A stretch of DNA of 64,000 nucleotides, taken from positions 64,001 through 128,000 of the forward strand of contig JBBQQR010000003.1 in NCBI GenBank assembly GCA_038215615.1. The letters run 5' to 3'. This DNA is from Vulcanimicrobiales bacterium (GTDB taxonomy: Bacteria; Vulcanimicrobiota; Vulcanimicrobiia; Vulcanimicrobiales; Vulcanimicrobiaceae). Of the stretch, positions 59,242-64,000 are shown in pieces. Below the pieces are notes generated by a model. It made no database searches and was not told the DNA's origin. It saw nothing but the letters and a program-made list of their open reading frames with translations. How positions within the stretch are numbered: position 1 is the stretch's first letter; every line of letters starts with the position of its first letter. Made by a program: the position numbers and the translations under genes.

Positions 59242-60441
59242 CTACTCGCTCAGCCGCTCGCGTTTGAACTCCTCGAGCTTGCGGATAAGGTCTTCGTCGA
59301 TGGCGGGCAGCGCCTCGCTCTCCTCGGCCTCGCCGCCCTCCTCGGCCGCAGGCGCGGCTTGCCGCTCGGCCCGCTCGGCCAAATACCGTTCGCGCGCTTC
59401 GGCGGCCTCGGTTTCGCTCGTGATATCCAAACGCCAGCCCGTCATCTGCGCCGCCAGCCGCACGTTTTGGCCTTCCTTGCCGATGGCCAGCGAAAGTTGG
59501 TAATCGGGCACAATGACGAGCGCGACGCCGTCGTCTTCGAAGAGCTCGACGGTCAAGACTTTCGCCGGAGCGAGCGCGTTCATGATCAAATTCGTTTGAT
59601 CCGGATCCCACTTGATGACATCGATTTTCTCGCCGCGCAGTTCGTCGGAGACGTTTGCAATGCGGCTGGATTTGGGCCCCAAACAAGCGCCGATCGGATC
59701 GACTTCGGCACGGGCGCTGCGCACCGCGACTTTCGTGCGGCTGCCGGGTTCGCGCGCGATCGCCATAATTTCGACCGTGCCGTCCTCAACTTCAGGGACA
59801 TTGAACTCCAGCAAACGCTGCACCAGCCCGTCGGCAGAGCGCGACAAGATGACGCTCGGGCCTTTGGGAGATTTGCGCACATCCAACACGTAGGCGCGAA
59901 TGAAGTCGTTGATCCGGAAATTTTCCTGCGGCACTTGCTCCGAGAGCGGCAGCATCGCTTCGTCCTTGCCGTCGAGCAGTATGTACATGTTGCGCTGTTC
60001 GAAGCGCTGAACCGTGCCGGTGACGATGTCGTTGAGTTTCGCAGCGTACTTGTTGTAAACAGTGTCGCGTTCGGCTTCGCGGATGCGCTGAACGATGACT
60101 TGCTTGGCGGTCTGTGCGGCGATACGCCCAAAGTCTTTGGGTGTAACTTCTTCGTCGAAGTAATCGCCGGCCTGATACTGCGGCCCCGCCTCTTTGGGCG
60201 TAATTTCCAGCTTCGGATCGGTGATTTCTTCTGCCACGATCCGGCGGTGAAAGACTTTGTATTCGCCGGTTTGCCGGTCGACCGAGACGATCGCATTCGC
60301 TTCGCTTCCAAAGTGCCGTTTGTAGGCGGTCAAGAGCGCGGCTTCCAGCGCTTCGATCAACATCTCGAACGGAATGTTCCGCTCCCGCGAGATGTATTGC
60401 AGAACGTCTATCAGTTTTTCTTCGGTCATTTGTTCAGGCAT
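59242..60441 (-). CDS. nusA: Transcription termination/antitermination factor NusA
   Basis: FGRIAAQTAKQVI, AREPGSRTKVAV, LSLAIGKEGQNVRLA. Confidence 0.98.
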   Translation of the reverse strand: MPEQMTEEKLIDVLQYISRERNIPFEMLIEALEAALLTAYKRHFGSEANAIVSVDRQTGEYKVFHRRIVAEEITDPKLEITPKEAGPQYQAGDYFDEEVTPKDFGRIAAQTAKQVIVQRIREAERDTVYNKYAAKLNDIVTGTVQRFEQRNMYILLDGKDEAMLPLSEQVPQENFRINDFIRAYVLDVRKSPKGPSVILSRSADGLVQRLLEFNVPEVEDGTVEIMAIAREPGSRTKVAVRSARAEVDPIGACLGPKSSRIANVSDELRGEKIDVIKWDPDQTNLIMNALAPAKVLTVELFEDDGVALVIVPDYQLSLAIGKEGQNVRLAAQMTGWRLDITSETEAAEARERYLAERAERQAAPAAEEGGEAEESEALPAIDEDLIRKLEEFKRERLSE

Positions 60442-60940
60442 GTTGTTGTCTCTTCTGTTCCTTTGCACGCTTTAAGTCTGCGCGCACGTCGTATTCTAAG
60501 TTTGCGTTCTTTATCGTCTCGATCGGCAGCGGCAACTCGCCGCTTTCCGTTTGCAGAATCACCGCGGTGCCGCGAACCCCTTGCAAGACGCCGCGATGGG
60601 TTTTCGTTCCGCGTACGAGCAGCGACGTGACGATCTTCGCATCGCGGCCTGCAAAACGCGTGTAGTCTCCAGGCTTCGTCAGCGGCCGGTTCAAGCCGGC
60701 GGACTCCACCTCGAGTTGGTAGGCTTCTTCGAAATCCCCAAGCCGTTTGTTTATCGCAGATGCGATGCGCTCGCACGAGCGAACGTCGACGCCGCCTTCG
60801 CGATCGATCGTCACGCTCAGCACGCTCTTGTTTCCGGTACCGCGCGCGCTGTACTGTACGATCTCGACGCCGGCAAAACGATCGTCGCGCGCAATCTCCT
60901 GGACCGCGTGCTCGAATTCGCCTGCCAACGACCTTGCCAC
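60434..60940 (-). CDS. rimP: Ribosome maturation factor RimP
   Basis: IDREGGV..CERIA, YQLEVESAGLNRPL; GTG start. Confidence 0.93.
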   Translation of the reverse strand: MARSLAGEFEHAVQEIARDDRFAGVEIVQYSARGTGNKSVLSVTIDREGGVDVRSCERIASAINKRLGDFEEAYQLEVESAGLNRPLTKPGDYTRFAGRDAKIVTSLLVRGTKTHRGVLQGVRGTAVILQTESGELPLPIETIKNANLEYDVRADLKRAKEQKRQQHA

Positions 60941-60962
60941 AAAGACCCCCAAGGAACAACGA

Positions 60963-61007
60963 AGCGCGGGACCTGCCCACGCTATTGACCTACCACGGAC
61001 TAGCATA
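60963..61007 (-). promoter_or_regulatory. rimP leader hairpin with upstream -10 (TATGCT)
   Basis: AGCGTGGG-CAGGT-CCCGCGCT followed by U-rich TCGTTGTT, in the position of the known rimP leader attenuator. Confidence 0.65.
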
Positions 61008-61011
61008 CCTG

Positions 61012-61055
61012 AAAAATGCGACGGGCCGCAACCCCAGGTGGGGCGGGCCCCTCGC
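61012..61055 (-). terminator. Intrinsic terminator of the putative ncRNA
   Basis: GCGAGGGGCCCGCCCC-ACCT-GGGGTTGCGGCCCGTCGC then ATTTTT. Confidence 0.7.
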
Positions 61056-61226
61056 TCTTACCTACTTTGTGTCGGTTTACGCGTTACGAGCACGCTCTTC
61101 TTCCGGTCTACGTCCGGATGCCGCTGGGCGCTCGTCTGGCGCTCCTTAAATCGGGCGTGCTCCGCGGGCTCTACTGCCCGGTGGATCTTGCGGTTCCAAC
61201 CGCCCTCCTTACTTTGTCTCTGTGAC
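61012..61226 (-). ncRNA. Unannotated structured RNA of about 215 nt, family unresolved
   Basis: Bounded by its own promoter and terminator; several hairpins and long-range pairing; no convincing ORF. Confidence 0.7.
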
Positions 61227-61232
61227 ACCTCA

Positions 61233-61261
61233 ATTGTACGCCGACAAATGTCGGGTTTCAA
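61233..61261 (-). promoter_or_regulatory. Near-consensus sigma-70 promoter with a palindrome in the spacer
   Basis: TTGAAA-17 nt-TACAAT; spacer contains CCGACA-N2-TGTCGG (61241-61254). Confidence 0.8.
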
Positions 61262-61288
61262 GAACCTAGCGCATGAAAGGGTGGGAGG

Positions 61289-62545
61289 CTAGGGAGGCGA
61301 GGGCGTGGACGGCGTGTAGGGCACCAGATTGCCGCTGCACGGGAACGTCTGGTCGGGCTCGACGATCCATGGGTCCTTGCCGGCGATCGGCTGGCGGATC
61401 ACCCAGCCCGTGCACATCTGAACGCCGGCGACTCGCTTCACCGACGTGACGTACATTTTTATGCCGCGTTCCTCGGGTGTCGCGCCCAGCGGCCAAAGTT
61501 TCCACCGCTGGCTCGCAACATTTTCCGTGTAAATGAATTTCGTTATCGCTGCGATGGCAGGCGGCGGCGTCGGCTCCGCCGGCTTGATGTGGCTGATGTC
61601 ACCCTTATACATACGCGGCGTCGCGATCGCGTACGGTCCCGGCGTCGGTAAGATATTCCGGAGACGCTGATTGAGATTGCGCGACGTTTTGGATGCCGGC
61701 TTCCCTTGCGCGGCCGCCGGATGCGGTGTCGACTCGACTGTTTGTATCGGTTTCGCGACCGAGCTGGATTTGACGGGGGCGATGCCCTTGGGTCCGGGCG
61801 AGCCCAAGGTCTTTGGACCCGGACTCGCGGCGCCGCCGCGCGAGATCGTTGGCTGCGGCAAGCGCGTGGGGCCCGGACTCGGCACGCCCGGCGTGGGTTT
61901 GCGAATCTGCACTTGCGACGTCATGCCGGGCGTCACGACCGCTTGCGGCGTGGCCTGCGCGATCAGCGGAGCAAATGTCGCTTGCGGGGCCTTCGGCTGC
62001 TCGATCTTCGGAACGGGCCGCGCGGTTGGCGCGGCCGTCGGGGCTTGTGTCGGCGGAGCGGTGGGCGGCGCATGAATCGTAGCGGCCACGATGCGCGCGG
62101 GCACGCTCGTTGGGACAGCTGCCACAATCGGAAGCGGCGTCAGTGCGATTTCGGGTTGCGTGGGCTGCGGGTTGGGCGCAGCCGAGGCTTCCGGCGCGGG
62201 CGTCGGATTGGGCGGCGCGGTCGGCGCAAACTTTGAAAGCTCGTGATGAACGGGCGGGTGCGGCGGCGCCGAGCGCGGCTGCGCGGCCGCCTGCTGCGGC
62301 GCGGTCCGCGCGTGTGGAATCGGCGGAGCAGCGTGCGGCACCGCGACCGGAACGGTTTTGGGAACAGCTTGGCTCGTCACCGTGACGATCTGCGATCCTT
62401 GCACCGACTCCGAGGAGGCCTGCTCGGAGGACGAGGTCGCGATCGAAAAGAGCAATGCCGCCAAAAGGGCATGCAAAATGAGCGAGGCGACAAAGCTCGT
62501 CGTCAAACGCTGCGGATGACGGCGATCGTTGTCGTCGCGCGGCAC
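61289..62545 (-). CDS. TonB/TolA-like proline-rich single-pass membrane protein
   Basis: TM with SLILH (SxxxH) motif, long Pro/Ala/Thr linker, small C-terminal domain with two Cys. Confidence 0.65.
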   Translation of the reverse strand: MPRDDNDRRHPQRLTTSFVASLILHALLAALLFSIATSSSEQASSESVQGSQIVTVTSQAVPKTVPVAVPHAAPPIPHARTAPQQAAAQPRSAPPHPPVHHELSKFAPTAPPNPTPAPEASAAPNPQPTQPEIALTPLPIVAAVPTSVPARIVAATIHAPPTAPPTQAPTAAPTARPVPKIEQPKAPQATFAPLIAQATPQAVVTPGMTSQVQIRKPTPGVPSPGPTRLPQPTISRGGAASPGPKTLGSPGPKGIAPVKSSSVAKPIQTVESTPHPAAAQGKPASKTSRNLNQRLRNILPTPGPYAIATPRMYKGDISHIKPAEPTPPPAIAAITKFIYTENVASQRWKLWPLGATPEERGIKMYVTSVKRVAGVQMCTGWVIRQPIAGKDPWIVEPDQTFPCSGNLVPYTPSTPSPP

Positions 62546-62615
62546 GATTTGAAACTAATGCGCCCATCCCGGCGCAGGAGCCTCCAGAGCGGGCCTCGCA
62601 AGCGCGGTAGTCTCG

Positions 62616-64000
62616 ATGGAAACGATTCAAAAACGAACGAAAATCGTCGCAACGATTGGTCCGGCCTCCAGCGATCCGGAGATCATTCGCTCGCTCGTCC
62701 TGTCGGGCGCGAACGTCTTCCGCCTGAATTTTTCGCACGGCGAACCGGCCGCGCACGGAAAAATGATCGATGCGATCCGGAAAATCGCCGCCGAGTTGGA
62801 AACGCACATCGCGGTCTTGCAAGATTTGCCCGGGCCCAAGGTGCGAACAGGCAAACTCGGCGACGCGACTTCGGTGCATCTCGAGCGCGGCGCGCCGTTT
62901 GTGCTGACGACCGAGGCCGTGCCCGGAGATTCGCAGCGCGTTTGCGTGACGTACAAGCATTTGCCGGCCGACGTCGCGGTGGACAAACGCATCTATCTGC
63001 AAGACGGCGCGATCGTGCTGCGCATCGTCGACAAGAACGCGACGGAGATCCACACAACCGTCGAAGTGGGCGGCGAGCTTCGTCCGTCCCAGGGCATCAA
63101 CTATCCCGACGGTTCGCTGAATCTCTCAGCCGTCTCCGAGCGCGATCTCGAATATCTCGCTTTCGGACTGGATAAAGACGTCGATTACGTTGCAGTGTCG
63201 TTCGTCCGTACCGCGGAAGATATTGCGCGCGTGAAAACGTTCATCGCCGATCGCAAGAAGACAACGCGCGTTCTCGCCAAGATCGAGAAGCACGAAGCGC
63301 TCGAAGACATCGAAAACATCATCGCGCATGCCGATGGCATCATGGTGGCGCGCGGCGACTTGGGAATCGAGATTCCGCTCGAGCGCGTGCCGATGGTACA
63401 GAAAGATCTTATCGCGCGCTGTAATCGCGCCAGCAAGCCGGTCGTGACCGCCACGCAGATGCTCGAGTCGATGACGTCGAGCCCGCGTCCGACGCGCGCC
63501 GAAACCACCGATGTCGCCAATGCGATCCTCGACGGCACCGACGCGGTCATGCTTTCAGGCGAGACGGCCCTTGGCGCCTATCCCACCGAGGCGGTGCGCG
63601 TGATGGCCGAGATCGCGCGCGAGGTCGAGAAACAATACCCGCACGAGTTGTTGCAACTTCGGCGGCTGGAAGGCGTGACGCCCGATATTGCAACGTCGAT
63701 CGCGGAAGCCGCCACCCGGGCGAGCGCCGAGCTGAAACTGCCGTACATCGTGACCGGCACGACCACCGGCAACGCCGCGCACCATATTTCCGCATTCCGT
63801 CCGAAGGCGCGCATCATTGCGCTCACGCCGGTGCCGGAAGTGGCACGGCGCCTGGCGCTGGTGTGGGGCATCGAATCGCTGGTGATCGAGCGCTACTCGT
63901 CGATCGACGTATTGCTGCACATTATGGAGCAGCGCATGCTTTCCGAGGGGCTTGTCAGCAACGGCGATTGCGTCGCGTTTACCACCGGTATGCCGGTCGG
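62616..64000 (+). CDS. pyk: Pyruvate kinase (runs off the window end)
   Basis: Translated by hand from ATG 62616: RTKIVATIGPAS, RLNFSHG, DLPGPKVRTG, MVARGDLG, ATQMLESM, DAVMLSGET. Confidence 0.96.
   Translation, partial: METIQKRTKIVATIGPASSDPEIIRSLVLSGANVFRLNFSHGEPAAHGKMIDAIRKIAAELETHIAVLQDLPGPKVRTGKLGDATSVHLERGAPFVLTTEAVPGDSQRVCVTYKHLPADVAVDKRIYLQDGAIVLRIVDKNATEIHTTVEVGGELRPSQGINYPDGSLNLSAVSERDLEYLAFGLDKDVDYVAVSFVRTAEDIARVKTFIADRKKTTRVLAKIEKHEALEDIENIIAHADGIMVARGDLGIEIPLERVPMVQKDLIARCNRASKPVVTATQMLESMTSSPRPTRAETTDVANAILDGTDAVMLSGETALGAYPTEAVRVMAEIAREVEKQYPHELLQLRRLEGVTPDIATSIAEAATRASAELKLPYIVTGTTTGNAAHHISAFRPKARIIALTPVPEVARRLALVWGIESLVIERYSSIDVLLHIMEQRMLSEGLVSNGDCVAFTTGMPV

Noticed and set aside
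56971..60630. Long plus-strand ORFs of 607 and 502 aa
   Set aside because: Antisense shadows of infB and nusA
61012..61226. Assignment of the RNA as tmRNA, SRP RNA, RNase P RNA or T-box
   Set aside because: No tRNA-like acceptor/CCA end, no intact SRP domain IV, no RNase P P4 consensus and no T-box sequence
61058..61261. 67-aa minus-strand ORF (and 69-aa plus ORF) across the putative ncRNA
   Set aside because: Its TTG is the -35 box itself, upstream of the predicted transcription start; no SD and no protein-like features
61605..63175. 482-aa minus and 310-aa plus ORFs
   Set aside because: Off-frame overlaps of the Pro-rich gene and pyk; pyk is missing from the track only because its stop lies outside the window

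Overview
GC-rich bacterial chromosomal segment, densely coding and mostly housekeeping. It is probably diderm, because it encodes an outer-membrane porin and a TonB-like protein. CIRCE/hrcA, the rimP-nusA-ylxR-infB-rbfA-nrnA-truB-ribF order and RsbW/SpoIIE modules are Terrabacteria-like; with paralogous DUF4760-like genes this suggests Eremiobacterota/Vulcanimicrobiota (inference only). Contents: tRNA-Leu(TAA), initiator tRNA-Met, accDA, hrcA-dnaJ-rsmE, acs, DinG, tdh-kbl, a phoBR-pstCAB-porin-pstS locus, a small DUF4258/DUF2283 + HNH insert, gdh, a poly-HAMP hybrid kinase with CheR and a divergent PP2C/RsbW protein, a four-gene ketosynthase/cyclase/flavoprotein/methyltransferase operon, an atypical Clp ATPase, the nusA-infB operon and a partial pyk. 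No CRISPR array, transposase, integrase or phage genes were seen. Best candidates for something new: (1) an unannotated ~215-nt structured RNA at 61012-61226 with its own near-consensus promoter, palindromic operator and terminator; (2) a minimal KAS-II/SRPBCC-cyclase/FAD-oxidoreductase/methyltransferase operon with no ACP or chain-length factor; (3) a Zn-finger Hsp100 with a hydrophobic N-terminal segment that lacks both the M-domain and the ClpP-docking loop; (4) a structured infB leader holding an SD-led Met-Arg-stop mini-ORF; (5) a candidate lineage-specific Pho box, plus repeated leaderless and non-canonical start signals. All calls come from reading the sequence and recognising motifs; no database searches were run.
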